Of a stretch of DNA of 64,000 nt, positions 30,977 to 41,324 are shown one piece after another. The stretch is from an uncultured Rhodobacteraceae bacterium. Its GTDB lineage: Bacteria > Pseudomonadota > Alphaproteobacteria > Rhodobacterales > Rhodobacteraceae. Both the position numbers and the translations under genes were made by a program. The stretch lies in the NCBI GenBank assembly GCA_947496605.1, contig CANMDF010000004.1, positions 334,689-398,688 on the forward strand. Reading direction: 5' to 3'. A model generated the notes under the pieces. That model saw nothing but the letters and a program-made list of their open reading frames with translations. It was not told the origin of the DNA and searched no databases. Each line of letters opens with the position of its first letter. Positions within the stretch are counted from its first letter, which is position 1.

Positions 30977-32254
30977 TTAATCTTCAATGGCAAACGCAGA
31001 TGAATGGAAATTTGCGACAATCCGCGCGGACCAGCCATTGGACAATCCCGCCAAAGGGGCGGCAATCAAAGTGTCGCCTTTCCAGACCGAAGGGGATGCC
31101 AACAGCGAGGTGCGAGGTGTCCCGCTGTCGCGCCAATGGGGGCAGGCTTTGATCCCCTCACCAAGCGCTTTAAAGGTTAGACCATCAATCAGTGGCCCCT
31201 CTAGGAACCAGCGTTTGTCCCAAAAGACACCTAGCGCATTGTCCTGGACATCTTTGTTGCGCACGGTCGGTGTTGTCGCAGCCGCCTCACGCATCAAACG
31301 CACCGCACCACTGTCCGCAGGTGTGATGATGCATCCGCCCAAAGTCACGGTCGCCCCTTTGCGGGCTTGCCCTACAATGTCGCAAAGCTGTTCAAACCGC
31401 GGACGGTAGGTGCGGCTGCCGACCCAAGCGAATGCTGCCGCCATAACACGGCGCGGGGCATCTGCCTTTTCCAAGTCTAATACGTCAGGGCCGATCAACA
31501 AATCACCTGCGTCTTGGCGCACATGTTCATTCGCGTACTGATGCGCTGCCTTTTGCAAAGAAAGATGCGCCGCCTGCATATGATCGACGGTCTGCAAAAG
31601 CCGCTTGCGCGTCAGCCCTAGAGTTGCCAGCTGGTCAAACATCTGCCGTGCGCGCACGCGGTCGAAACGCGCATCCTCATTGCTCGGATCATCGCACCAG
31701 GCAATATCATTTGCGACCAACCATTCACGCAAATCGGCCCGCGATAATCCTAGTAGTGGGCGTACAATGCTTACACCATCGCGTAGCGTCTTTTGGTACA
31801 TTGCCGACAAGCCATCGATGCCAGAGCCACGTGCCAAGCGCATCAGTACCGTCTCGACCTGATCATCCTCGGTGTGGCCTAGCCAGACTTCGCGCATGTT
31901 GTAAGTCGCCGCCCAATGACGCACGGCTGCCCAGCGCCCGGCCCGTGCACTGGCTTGCAAGTTGCCGACGCCATCCCAGGACCAGCCAACGACGGTATGA
32001 TGAATTCCAAGTGTTTTGGCTTGCTGAGCGACCAAGGCGATCTCGTCTTTTGCCTCAGCCCGAAGCCCATGATCAATTGTCAGCACCCGCAGCTTTTTTG
32101 CACCATGCAAACGCACAGCCAGATGCATCAGCGCGATAGAATCCCCGCCGCCGGACACGGACAAACCGATAGTATCATCTTGTGAGGTCGAAGAGGCCGC
32201 AACCGCCGCAGCGAAATGGCGAAAAATGCTATCTGCGTGGCCGTCTACTGGCAT
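30977..32254 (-). CDS. tilS: tRNA(Ile)-lysidine synthetase
   Basis: SVSGGGDS PP-loop, IDHGLR, GHTEDDQVET, RPLL, DDPSN. Confidence 0.93.
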   Translation of the reverse strand: MPVDGHADSIFRHFAAAVAASSTSQDDTIGLSVSGGGDSIALMHLAVRLHGAKKLRVLTIDHGLRAEAKDEIALVAQQAKTLGIHHTVVGWSWDGVGNLQASARAGRWAAVRHWAATYNMREVWLGHTEDDQVETVLMRLARGSGIDGLSAMYQKTLRDGVSIVRPLLGLSRADLREWLVANDIAWCDDPSNEDARFDRVRARQMFDQLATLGLTRKRLLQTVDHMQAAHLSLQKAAHQYANEHVRQDAGDLLIGPDVLDLEKADAPRRVMAAAFAWVGSRTYRPRFEQLCDIVGQARKGATVTLGGCIITPADSGAVRLMREAAATTPTVRNKDVQDNALGVFWDKRWFLEGPLIDGLTFKALGEGIKACPHWRDSGTPRTSLLASPSVWKGDTLIAAPLAGLSNGWSARIVANFHSSAFAIED

Positions 32255-33057
32255 CCAAGCGCTTGCATTTCCGTTTGTGCGTCAAGCACGGTTGGATTGC
32301 CGGGAAACCGCACATTAACTTCTGCCAAAGTCAGGCAAGCGTCTTGCGTTTGGCCAATCTGCCCCAGCGACGCACCCAGCTTGAACAAAGCGTCAGGTGC
32401 CTTTGGGCCAGCCGGATCACCGGAAAATGCCGCTAAATAGGCGCGCGCAGCATCAGTTGTTTCACCCAATGCTTCCAACGCCTCGCCACGGAGGTAGTTG
32501 ACGTCATTCATTAGCGGACTGCCCGGGTAGGACGTGCCAAAGGTCGTAAGCTGGTCGACGGCGCCGCGAAAGTCACCAGCAGCAAGCGCCGCCTGCGCCC
32601 GCTCAAAATCACCTTGTTCACCAATGGCCAATGCTGGACCACCTGTGGAAGGTGTGGTTGGGACCGTTGGCACACCGGTTACCTCAAGACCCCCCAGAGG
32701 GGTGTCATCCAACAGACCGATGTCGCAATCGGTCTCAAGCTCGCAAAGGCGGAAGTTCAGGTCGCCAATGCGGTTGTTGGCATCAGCGGTGATGCTGTTC
32801 ACACGAAACTCAAGCTGTTCGGCATTGGAAGTCAGGCGCTGCAGCTCTGCCTCAATCGCGTTCAAACGATCGAGGGGAGTGCTGCCTGCAATTCCAGAAT
32901 TCAAGCCACCAGTTGTCGACAATTCACGCGTCAGGCGTTGCACATCAACAAACAGAACCGTCAACTGTTGCCGGATATCCGCCAAGGTTTCTTCCTGCGC
33001 GACCGCAGGCAAAGGCGAAAGCAAAAGTGCACAGACAACAGCGATACGGTGTAACAT
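32245..33057 (-). CDS. cpoB: Tol-Pal system protein CpoB/YbgF
   Basis: Signal peptide, coiled coil, TPR (APDALFKLG), directly after pal. Confidence 0.9.
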   Translation of the reverse strand: MLHRIAVVCALLLSPLPAVAQEETLADIRQQLTVLFVDVQRLTRELSTTGGLNSGIAGSTPLDRLNAIEAELQRLTSNAEQLEFRVNSITADANNRIGDLNFRLCELETDCDIGLLDDTPLGGLEVTGVPTVPTTPSTGGPALAIGEQGDFERAQAALAAGDFRGAVDQLTTFGTSYPGSPLMNDVNYLRGEALEALGETTDAARAYLAAFSGDPAGPKAPDALFKLGASLGQIGQTQDACLTLAEVNVRFPGNPTVLDAQTEMQALGCQ

Positions 33058-33080
33058 GGGCTTGTCCCTTTTGGTCTTGA

Positions 33081-33611
33081 TCAGCTTGTGATCGCTGAGA
33101 ATGAAAGAACCGTTACGGCACGGCGGTTTTGCGCATAACAGCTTTCGTCAGAACAAACCGCGATGGGGCGCTCTTTCCCAAAGCTGGTCACTTGCAAACG
33201 GCCTGATGGCACACCGCGAGAGACTAAATATTCACGTACCGCATTGGCACGTCGTTGGCCAAGGGCAAGGTTGTATTCACGTGTGCCCTGCTCGTCCGCG
33301 TGACCTTCGACGATGGCGCGGTAGTCTGCGTTGGTCAGCAACCATTGCGCCTGCCCGTCCAAGATCGCCTGACCTGTCGGTGTGATCGTCGATGTGTCCA
33401 CCACAAAGAGGACGCGATCGCCAATGGTTTGATTAAAGAAGAGTGGGCTTGTCGGGTCACTTGCCGAACCGGCAACACCAGCGCCGATGCCTGTGCCATC
33501 CGCACCGCCTGCACCTGCGCCACCAGCGCCACCACCAAATCGATCTGGGTTCGTACAGGCCGCCGTTGCCAGCACCAAAAGCAATACCGCTGCTTTCTTA
33601 AAAAGTGTCAT
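33081..33611 (-). CDS. pal: Peptidoglycan-associated lipoprotein
   Basis: Lipobox TAAC, EGHADEQGTREYNLALGQRRA, SFGKERP. Confidence 0.95.
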   Translation of the reverse strand: MTLFKKAAVLLLVLATAACTNPDRFGGGAGGAGAGGADGTGIGAGVAGSASDPTSPLFFNQTIGDRVLFVVDTSTITPTGQAILDGQAQWLLTNADYRAIVEGHADEQGTREYNLALGQRRANAVREYLVSRGVPSGRLQVTSFGKERPIAVCSDESCYAQNRRAVTVLSFSAITS

Positions 33612-33693
33612 AGGGTTTCATCCTGTTATTATTGACTGCTTTGTTTTTCTTTTCACCATAGCACGGCTTTCGCCATTAGGGAATCACACATCA

Positions 33694-35010
33694 TTACGGC
33701 TGTAACGGCCCCCACGACGGGTCAGACGATCCGCCTTGCAATGGCACGGCCTTTAGGTTTCGCCCTGAAATATCGACAGAGTAGACTGACGACGTACCGC
33801 CAGCCCCTTGGGTTTCACGGCTGAACATGATGACCCGTCCATTGGGTGACCACGTTGGGCCTTCATCTAGGAATGAAGACGTCAGCAGGCGTTCTTCTGA
33901 GCCATCAATGCGCATTACACCAATATGAAAGCGGCCTGCGTTTTGCTTGGTGAATGCCACCAAGTCACCGCGCGGCGACCAGACGGGCGTGCCGTAGCGG
34001 CCTTCACCAAATGAAATACGACGTGCTTCGCCACCATTGGCGGACATGATGTAGAGCTGCTGATTGCCAGAACGGTCACTTTCAAAAACGATCTGGCTGC
34101 CGTCAGGTGACAAGCTGGGCGCTGTCTCAATCGAAGGGGTCTGGGTCAGACGAACATGCTGACCAGTCGCAAGGTCTGTCCGGTAGATATCCGTATTGCC
34201 GCCATTTGACAGGCTGTAGATGACCTGACGCCCATCGCGCGAAAAGCGCGGACTAAAGGCCATTTCACCTGGTGCTGTCTGCAACTGTTGACGGCCCACG
34301 TTGGCGACGTTCAACACATTGATGCGCGGAAAGCCTGACTCAAAGCTGGTATACAGCACCCGGTCACCATTTGGCGAAAAGCGCGGCGCTAAAACAATAC
34401 TGCTGCTATCGGTCAGGAACTGTACGTTTGCCCCATCAAAATCCATGATCGCAAGCCGCTTTTGGCGGTTATCTTTGGGGCCACTCTCGGACACAAAGAC
34501 AACACGGCTATCAAAATAGCCGCCCTCGCCTGTGATCCGGCTATAGACGGCGTCAGCCACCTTGTGACCCATGCGACGCCAGCCATCGACTGTTCCTGCA
34601 AACTGAAGGCCTTGGCCCAACTCTTGCCCCGAGAACACATCATAAAGGCGGAATTTCACGGTCAGTTGGTTGCCGTTCACATTGACCGCACCAACCACAA
34701 GCGCTTGTGCATTGATCGCCCGCCAGTCGGGGAAAGCAACCGGTTGCGCGAATGAGCTGACCTGAGAAATGAACGCAACAGCGGGTACTTCGCGGAACAG
34801 ACCTGTCCCCGCCAGGTCTTGTACGACCAATCGCGAAATATCTGATGCTGCTTGCTGTGCAGCCGGATTTTCAGCTTCAAAACTTGGGGCCGCAAACGTA
34901 ATCGGTTCGATCACACCGTCTGTGATTGTTAGCCGTAACGGGCCGTTCTGCGCCGAAACTGGCCCCGCTAACATCAACGCCACCAAAAGTGTCAAAAGTC
35001 GCTTCATCAT
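33694..35010 (-). CDS. tolB: Tol-Pal beta-propeller protein TolB
   Basis: PD40-type repeats ([28 protein letters not shown]). Start at MMKRLL. Confidence 0.96.
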   Translation of the reverse strand: MMKRLLTLLVALMLAGPVSAQNGPLRLTITDGVIEPITFAAPSFEAENPAAQQAASDISRLVVQDLAGTGLFREVPAVAFISQVSSFAQPVAFPDWRAINAQALVVGAVNVNGNQLTVKFRLYDVFSGQELGQGLQFAGTVDGWRRMGHKVADAVYSRITGEGGYFDSRVVFVSESGPKDNRQKRLAIMDFDGANVQFLTDSSSIVLAPRFSPNGDRVLYTSFESGFPRINVLNVANVGRQQLQTAPGEMAFSPRFSRDGRQVIYSLSNGGNTDIYRTDLATGQHVRLTQTPSIETAPSLSPDGSQIVFESDRSGNQQLYIMSANGGEARRISFGEGRYGTPVWSPRGDLVAFTKQNAGRFHIGVMRIDGSEERLLTSSFLDEGPTWSPNGRVIMFSRETQGAGGTSSVYSVDISGRNLKAVPLQGGSSDPSWGPLQP

Positions 35011-35116
35011 CTTTGCCTCACTCCGCCTGTCCGGGTTCGCGCCCAAACCTTGCCTTTTCTTGTCTCATCATAGCAGGGGGAAAAATCGAAGTCTCCTCAC
35101 CTGCGCGTGTCTTTGC

Positions 35117-36232
35117 CTATCTCAAACGCATGCCGCTGGGATCAAAGGTGATCACAACGTCCTTCCATTGGTCATATTTGTCTGCAGGCAACTGATAACC
35201 CCCAGACTGACAGCGCAAGACCGCGCGGCGCGCGGCCTCGAACGCTGTATTGGTCGCACTTTGATCGCCGTCCGAGGAGAGCAACCGTACTTCATTGCCC
35301 AGCACCTTGCCTTCACGATCAAGGCTAAATCCGACTTCAACGGTCACGCGTGCGGCCACAGAACCCGGATCAACATTCCAGCAGCGGTTGACAGAAACGC
35401 GAAAACTATCGCGTTCCGCGCCAGTCATTGGTGGTCCTGCAGCGACGGCTGGCGCATCAGTGCCAGCAAGTGCGGCCTCCAATGCTGCAGCAACGTCTTC
35501 TTCGCTAGCTTCCGGTTCGGCTTGGGCCGTCTCTTCTTGTGTCGGTTCTTCTTCAACACTCGCCGTTTCAACCGGCGGCGTCGGACGGCTGGGCCGCGCA
35601 GATGGACGCACCGACGTTGAAGGCGCCAAATCCTCAATTACAATCGCGGTGGTCGTTTCTTCGGGCGCAGTCGCCTCTTGCTCATCGGCCACTACCTCGG
35701 CCACAGCACTATTGTCCGGCACCACCTCTTCGCGCACGACATCATCGACGTTCGCATCTGGTGGCGGTGGGGCCGTAATCGTTGAGGCTACGGTCGGCGC
35801 TTGCGGTGGTGTCGGTTCGTTGCTGACCTCAACATCGGGGGTTGGGGGTGTGGCAACGGGCGGCGCAGGCGCGACCGGTGGGGCGTCAGCCACCTCGGCC
35901 TCTGGCGGTGCGGGTGGTGGCGGTGGCGGCGGCGTCTCGGCCTCTGGCGGCGTGACCGGTTCAGGCGGCGGGGCTATCTCCGCCGGCTCTTCTTCTGCAG
36001 GCGGGGGCGGCGGCGTTTCATCAACGACAGGCGGCACAGGTGCAGTCGGATCTGCACTGCCCGGATCAGGCGTCGTGCGCGCACGCATCTGCTCGAACTC
36101 TTCACCAGAAACAACAGACACATCCATCGTCTGGATATCCAATGGCTCGGACGTCAGCCCCCAGCCGACAATCAGCCAGCCGATCAGGCCAACATGACCG
36201 ATCCCTGAAATGAAGGTGCCCGGACTTGCCAT
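35117..36232 (-). CDS. tolA: TolA-like Pro/Glu-rich membrane-anchored protein
   Basis: N-terminal TM with SxxxH (ISGIGH), long Pro-rich linker, C-terminal RCWN...AILRC-type domain, located between tolR and tolB. Confidence 0.82.
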   Translation of the reverse strand: MASPGTFISGIGHVGLIGWLIVGWGLTSEPLDIQTMDVSVVSGEEFEQMRARTTPDPGSADPTAPVPPVVDETPPPPPAEEEPAEIAPPPEPVTPPEAETPPPPPPPAPPEAEVADAPPVAPAPPVATPPTPDVEVSNEPTPPQAPTVASTITAPPPPDANVDDVVREEVVPDNSAVAEVVADEQEATAPEETTTAIVIEDLAPSTSVRPSARPSRPTPPVETASVEEEPTQEETAQAEPEASEEDVAAALEAALAGTDAPAVAAGPPMTGAERDSFRVSVNRCWNVDPGSVAARVTVEVGFSLDREGKVLGNEVRLLSSDGDQSATNTAFEAARRAVLRCQSGGYQLPADKYDQWKDVVITFDPSGMRLR

Positions 36233-36235
36233 GAT

Positions 36236-36712
36236 TTAACCGTCAGCGCCGCCTGTAGCGGGTGGAGCGATATCCGTCACCAACCCGATATCGGAAAACC
36301 CGCCTGCGTTCAGCAGGCCCATAATCTGCGCGACACGGTTCCAATCATTGCGGCCATCAGCACGCAAGAAGATCTTGTCGCTGGTGCGTTCGGCCGCAAT
36401 GGCGGTCAATCGGGCTACCAACTCAGCCTCGGTCGTGTCTGTTTCCTGAATCATAACGCGGCCATCATCGGTGATCGTGACCGTCAGCGGTTCTTCGTCG
36501 TCACCGGGCAGCGCGGTCGCGGTCGTTTCTGGCAATTCAACTGGAACCCCCACAACCGACAAAGGAGCGGCCACCATAAAGATGATCAACAAAACCATCA
36601 TGACGTCCACAAAAGGGGTCACGTTGATTTCTGACATCGGTTGCCCACGGCGCGAACGACGGCGGCGGCGTCTGCCCCCGTCATCGCCTGATTTCATCAC
36701 TCCAGCGCTCAT
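36236..36712 (-). CDS. tolR: TolR
   Basis: SEINVTPFVDVMMVLLIIFMVAAP, FLRAD. Start at MSAGV. Confidence 0.93.
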   Translation of the reverse strand: MSAGVMKSGDDGGRRRRRRSRRGQPMSEINVTPFVDVMMVLLIIFMVAAPLSVVGVPVELPETTATALPGDDEEPLTVTITDDGRVMIQETDTTEAELVARLTAIAAERTSDKIFLRADGRNDWNRVAQIMGLLNAGGFSDIGLVTDIAPPATGGADG

Positions 36713-36713
36713 C

Positions 36714-37388
36714 TTAGCTATCCAACTGGCGGCTGAGGATCGTAGCAAACTCATCGGCAAAGGCCTCATAGCCGCTAACAATCTGATCGCTGTCTGCCGA
36801 GAACTTGTTGTAATAAATAACGGCTGGGATAGCAGCCAATAGGCCAAGGCCGGTCGCCAAAAGCGCCTCGGCGATACCGGGGGCAACAACAGCAAGGTTG
36901 GTCGTTTGCGCCTCAGCGATCTCAATAAACGCGTTCATGATCCCCCAGACGGTGCCGAACAGGCCAACAAATGGGGCGGTTGACCCAACGGTGGCCAAAA
37001 TTGGCAATCCCTTTTGCAAGCTGGACGCCTGCTTGGCGATTGCCACATCCATTGAGCGGTCGATCCGGGCCGTTGCCCCAGCAATCAAGCCACCATCTTG
37101 TCTGTGCGACCTTCGCCATTCCAGCATCCCGGCGGCGAATATCTTTTCCGATTGCCCATCAGGGTCCGCACCAATCTGGTCAAATAGCGTATCGAGCGGC
37201 TCGCCAGACCAAAACGCACGGTCAAAGACATCGGCCTCTGCGCGTGCTTTGCGATATTGAATGGTTTTGTCGATGATCACGGCCCAACACCAAACGGATG
37301 CTGCAATCAGCATGATCATGACGATTTTGACGGTAATTGTCGCGCGTGCGAACAACGCCCACATTGTGAATTCGTGTGCTGCTTCCAT
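36714..37388 (-). CDS. tolQ: TolQ
   Basis: LATVGSTAPFVGLFGTVWGIM, PGIAEALLAT. Confidence 0.95.
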   Translation of the reverse strand: MEAAHEFTMWALFARATITVKIVMIMLIAASVWCWAVIIDKTIQYRKARAEADVFDRAFWSGEPLDTLFDQIGADPDGQSEKIFAAGMLEWRRSHRQDGGLIAGATARIDRSMDVAIAKQASSLQKGLPILATVGSTAPFVGLFGTVWGIMNAFIEIAEAQTTNLAVVAPGIAEALLATGLGLLAAIPAVIYYNKFSADSDQIVSGYEAFADEFATILSRQLDS

Positions 37389-37500
37389 GTGCCTGCTCTG
37401 CCTTAGGCCCGATTTTGGGCTCTGATTATGATCAAGGCTAACGCACCTGCGCGGAAAAATCCAACCAATCCCGCATCACATCTGTGAAAACAGCGGGTTT

Positions 37501-37887
37501 TTAGTATGCAGAACGGCGGATCACTGCCGGTAAGCGGGCGACAGTGCCTTCGGTTGTCATGCAAATGATCGTGACAATCGCCGAAAACAGCAGGGCGCCA
37601 TCACGCATCACATCTTGCTTCACAACCAAACGAGCACCAGATCCGGGCTCCATGGTAGTGTGTACGACCAGGTCATCATCGTATTTGGCAGGCATCAGAT
37701 AGTCAGCCTCAACGCGGCGTACCGCAAACACCAAACCATCGGCCTTCATCTGAACCTGATCAATACCCAGCTCGCGCACCCACTCGCTCCGCGCGCGTTC
37801 AATGAATTTCAGATAGTTCGCATAATAGACGATCCCTGCCAGATCAGTGTCTTCATAATAGACGCGGATGGGAAATAGGTGGCTCAT
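37501..37887 (-). CDS. ybgC: Tol-Pal-associated acyl-CoA thioesterase
   Basis: RVYYEDTDLAGIVYYANYLKFIERAR. Confidence 0.93.
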   Translation of the reverse strand: MSHLFPIRVYYEDTDLAGIVYYANYLKFIERARSEWVRELGIDQVQMKADGLVFAVRRVEADYLMPAKYDDDLVVHTTMEPGSGARLVVKQDVMRDGALLFSAIVTIICMTTEGTVARLPAVIRRSAY

Positions 37888-38513
37888 GATGCTGGCAGAA
37901 TGCGTGCAGCCAAGCGCAAAGCGTGGCTCGCATCTTGTGCTGCACCAGGCATCGCAGGATCGTAAGCGGCACGGATCACATCGGCAATCTCAGGACGCAA
38001 CACGGCATTGCCGTCAACCAAGGCAAGCGGCGGTTGCTGATCAAACGCCTTATCCGACCACAGCAAAATCGTTTGCACAGCTTGGCTCAATGCCAAAGTA
38101 TCAGCGGAGACCGCCGCCATATGCTCGTCCATACGCAAAAACACAAAAGCGGCACGAATAGCTCCTACATCATCGAAACGGAAAATCCGGTACTGATTTG
38201 CATCCGCTTGTTTCAGCTTGGCGACCAACGGCACCAAATCCGGCACCAGTTGATCCAAATTTGGCACCTCTGGCAACTCATCCCAATCCTCACAGAAAAA
38301 GATCATCAGGTTCACACCTAATTCCGGATCCGTTTCCGCCATATGATGAGAGGCCAAACTAACAACAGCCTCAATCGCGCCCTTGAACACCCGCAGTGAT
38401 GCGTCATCTACACCAAACACCACAGGCACAATCGGCCGCCCCCACCGCGCAAAAACATAGGCACCGTCCGCGCGGGTAAACAGCTGCTCAACCTTGTGAT
38501 TTTCTATGTCCAT
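37884..38513 (-). CDS. Conserved hypothetical protein
   Basis: 209-aa ORF coupled to ybgC by a 4-nt overlap; no catalytic motif recognised. Confidence 0.8.
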   Translation of the reverse strand: MDIENHKVEQLFTRADGAYVFARWGRPIVPVVFGVDDASLRVFKGAIEAVVSLASHHMAETDPELGVNLMIFFCEDWDELPEVPNLDQLVPDLVPLVAKLKQADANQYRIFRFDDVGAIRAAFVFLRMDEHMAAVSADTLALSQAVQTILLWSDKAFDQQPPLALVDGNAVLRPEIADVIRAAYDPAMPGAAQDASHALRLAARILPAS

Positions 38514-38517
38514 TCAA

Positions 38518-38532
38518 ACTTCCGCCGGAGGC
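38518..38532. repeat. Truncated copy 3 of the REP-like repeat
   Basis: ACTTCCGCCGGAGGC versus ACCTCCGCCGGAGGC, in the 29-nt gap between ruvB and the hypothetical gene. Confidence 0.65.
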
Positions 38533-38542
38533 AACCGCCCCC

Positions 38543-39562
38543 TCATCCAAACAAATCCGTCTGCGACTTTGGAACATCAAGCCCCAAATGCGCCCAAGCC
38601 GCCCGCGCCAGCATGCGGCCCCTTGGCGTGCGCTGGATCAAACCCTTTTGCAGCAAATAAGGTTCAATCACATCTTCCAAACTATCGCGGCTTTCTGACA
38701 GTGCAGCAGAAAGCGTCTCAACCCCAACGGGCCCACCGCCATAGCTTTCGGCGATCAATCGTAGATACCGGCGGTCAGCATTATCAAGGCCCAGATGATC
38801 CACGCCTAAACGGGTCAGCGCCCGATCCGCGATCTCCTGCGTTACGGTGCCGTCACCTTCGACAATCGCAAAATCCACGACACGGCGCAGCAAGCGGCCT
38901 GCGATGCGGGGCGTTCCTCGCGCACGGCGGGCAATCTCACGCGCGCCTTGGTCAGAAGCCGGTGCGCCCATCAAGCGGGCGCCACGGGTGACAATCTCAT
39001 GCAATTCGTCTTCTGTGTAGAACTCCAACCGCGTGGGGATACCAAAACGGTCCCGCAAGGGTGTCGTCAGCAAACCCATACGCGTTGTCGCGCCAACGAG
39101 CGTAAAGGGCTGAAGCTCAATCCGCACAGTCCGCGCAGCAGGACCTTCGCCGATCACCAAATCCAGCTCAAAATCCTCAAGCGCCGGATAGAGCACCTCT
39201 TCTACTGCGGGGTTGAGCCGATGGATTTCATCAATAAACAACACATCACGTGCTTCAAGGTTCGTTAGGATCGCCGCCAAATCACCTGCTTTGGCCAGCA
39301 CCGGGCCAGATGTCATCCGAAAGTTAACACCCAATTCCCGTGCCATAATCTGCGCCAGCGTGGTCTTACCCAAACCGGGAGGCCCATGAAACAATGTGTG
39401 GTCCATCGCTTCACCGCGACGACGTGCACTTTCAATAAAGACTGACAGGTTTGCGCGGGCCGCTTGCTGTCCGATAAACGCATCCAGCGTTTGCGGGCGC
39501 AGGGCGCGGTCGGCATCCTCTGGCTGTGGTTCGGGACGCAATGTGGGGTCGGGCTGATCCAT
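38543..39562 (-). CDS. ruvB: Holliday junction helicase RuvB
   Basis: [34 protein letters not shown]. Confidence 0.98.
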   Translation of the reverse strand: MDQPDPTLRPEPQPEDADRALRPQTLDAFIGQQAARANLSVFIESARRRGEAMDHTLFHGPPGLGKTTLAQIMARELGVNFRMTSGPVLAKAGDLAAILTNLEARDVLFIDEIHRLNPAVEEVLYPALEDFELDLVIGEGPAARTVRIELQPFTLVGATTRMGLLTTPLRDRFGIPTRLEFYTEDELHEIVTRGARLMGAPASDQGAREIARRARGTPRIAGRLLRRVVDFAIVEGDGTVTQEIADRALTRLGVDHLGLDNADRRYLRLIAESYGGGPVGVETLSAALSESRDSLEDVIEPYLLQKGLIQRTPRGRMLARAAWAHLGLDVPKSQTDLFG

Positions 39563-39571
39563 GGCCTACGC

Positions 39572-40225
39572 CTACCCCTTTGGGGCCAGCAACTTCAAGG
39601 CGGCACGTATCAAAGCGGACGTATCCGCGTCAGGTGCGACACCTGCGGCTTCGGCCACTGCACTTGCGGCCTCACCTGGGGCATAACCAAGATTGCCCAA
39701 AGCCGACAGTGCCTCAGCGGAAGTCGCGTTTGCCTTTGGGACGGTGGTGCGCTGCACCGGTGCTTCCGTCTCAATCACAGCGTCACCCTGCGCCTCAGCA
39801 ACCGAACCGCCCATCGCCATAACGCCCGGGGCTTTGTCTTTCAACTCAATCGTGACGCGCTGCGCCGTCTTTGGCCCCACGCCCTTGGCCTTTGCCAGTG
39901 CATTCCAATCACCCAAGGCAATCGCGCGGCTCACGCCCTCGGCCCCCAGTGTACCCAGAATAGCCATCGAAGCCTTCGCCCCGATGCCCTGAACAGACAT
40001 TAGCAAGCGGTGCCATTCTTTTTCTACCAGCGTCGTAAAACCGAAGAGCTGCAAATTATCTTCGCGGACCAGCAGGTCTGTAAACAGTGCAACCGCTTCA
40101 CCATTGCCGGGCAAACCCGCCATGACGCGCTCGGACACATAGACGATGTAACCAACACCGCGCACATCAATCAGCACATGATCCGTGCTGCGGTATTCCA
40201 ATCGTCCGGCGATCTTGCCAATCAT
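39572..40225 (-). CDS. ruvA: Holliday junction DNA-binding protein RuvA
   Basis: [32 protein letters not shown]. Confidence 0.97.
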   Translation of the reverse strand: MIGKIAGRLEYRSTDHVLIDVRGVGYIVYVSERVMAGLPGNGEAVALFTDLLVREDNLQLFGFTTLVEKEWHRLLMSVQGIGAKASMAILGTLGAEGVSRAIALGDWNALAKAKGVGPKTAQRVTIELKDKAPGVMAMGGSVAEAQGDAVIETEAPVQRTTVPKANATSAEALSALGNLGYAPGEAASAVAEAAGVAPDADTSALIRAALKLLAPKG

Positions 40226-40728
40226 GCTGTGGCCTTTGCGAGAGCGGCAGCAAGGCTACCTGCGGATTGAACATGGAACGAATGACAGATCGCGATAGCA
40301 AGTGCATCTGCGGCATCTGGTCCCGCAAGTTGAACACCGGGCAATTGCACTTTGACCATATGGGCAATCTGGGCCTTATCCGCATGACCCACACCCACAA
40401 CAGCCTTCTTGACCGCGTTGGGGGCGTATTCACCGACAACCAATCCAGCCTGCGCCGGCACTAGCATCGCTATGCCCCGCGCTTGACCCAGCTTAAGCGT
40501 GCCCGCCCCGTCTTTGTTCACAAATGTTTGCTCAACGGCCGCCGCTTGCGGTTGATACTGTGTGAATACGTCTGTGAGTTGCTGATGCAAAGACAACAAC
40601 CTGGTCGCCAGATCATCGCCTTGCGACTTGCAAACGCCGTTGGCCACGTGACTGATCCGCGATCCGGCCACTTCGATCACACCCCAGCCCATGTTCCGCA
40701 GGCCCGGGTCGATGCCTAAAACACGCAT
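40222..40728 (-). CDS. ruvC: Holliday junction resolvase RuvC
   Basis: [27 protein letters not shown]. Confidence 0.97.
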   Translation of the reverse strand: MRVLGIDPGLRNMGWGVIEVAGSRISHVANGVCKSQGDDLATRLLSLHQQLTDVFTQYQPQAAAVEQTFVNKDGAGTLKLGQARGIAMLVPAQAGLVVGEYAPNAVKKAVVGVGHADKAQIAHMVKVQLPGVQLAGPDAADALAIAICHSFHVQSAGSLAAALAKATA

Positions 40729-40764
40729 TGCTCGCCTCTTTTTATTCTTCTCTTAATCCTGTTA

Positions 40765-40779
40765 GCACAAAACGCGAAC
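40765..40779 (-). promoter_or_regulatory. Putative LexA (alphaproteobacterial SOS) box upstream of ruvCAB
   Basis: Minus strand GTTC-gcgtttt-GTGC versus GTTC-N7-GTTC, about 37 nt before the ruvC ATG. Confidence 0.7.
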
Positions 40780-40868
40780 AAAGACCAAGAGCATTGCTTT
40801 ATAAAGTGTTATGCACTTTGGGCGCGGAATGGTCAGAATGCGCCATTCTGACATCAAAATACGACCCC

Positions 40869-40884
40869 GTTAACCCCTTATAAA
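40869..40884 (-). promoter_or_regulatory. Putative CtrA site between ruvC and the DUF1127 gene
   Basis: Minus strand TTTA-taagggg-TTAAC (1 mismatch to TTAA-N7-TTAAC). Confidence 0.5.
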
Positions 40885-41033
40885 TTAAGGGTTTGCGGCA
40901 AAATACGCACAAAAATAAGGCATGCTGAAAACGCATATGTGCTTTGCCAAAATGGCACTAGTCAATACGCATCATCCCTCCTAGATGCCCCTCATGAGAT
41001 TAACGCTGCAATGGCAGCACAACACTAAGGAAT

Positions 41034-41249
41034 ATGGCCATGGCCTCTTTTGACAATATCCGCCCCGTCGCTGGCCTCTCCGCAGGTCGCATCACATCTT
41101 TCTTCGTCAACATGTTCGGTACTATTGCCGCTTGGAACGATGCACGCATCACACGCAACTCTTTGTCAAAGCTGACAGCACGTGAGTTGGAAGATATCGG
41201 CCTGTCATACGGCGACATCGAAAGCGTCGCGACACGCAGCGTACGCTAA
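41034..41249 (+). CDS. DUF1127 (YjiS-like) small protein
   Basis: WNDARITRNSLSKLTARELEDIGLSYGDI. Confidence 0.9.
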   Translation: MAMASFDNIRPVAGLSAGRITSFFVNMFGTIAAWNDARITRNSLSKLTARELEDIGLSYGDIESVATRSVR

Positions 41250-41271
41250 GCAACAAGACGATCCTGAAAAG

Positions 41272-41306
41272 CGAAAGGCCGCGTTCGATCGAACGCGGCC
41301 TTTTCG
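41272..41306. terminator. Bidirectional terminator
   Basis: AAAGGCCGCGTTC-gatc-GAACGCGGCCTTT palindrome between convergent genes. Confidence 0.88.
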
Positions 41307-41324
41307 TTTGTCTGAACTGAAAAT

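Noticed and set aside
40968-40988. GCATC-atccctccta-GATGC hairpin resembling a cuckoo (CCUCCUCCC) sRNA near DUF1127
   Set aside because: Single 5-bp stem, inexact motif, located upstream in the likely promoter; no repeated cuckoo units downstream.
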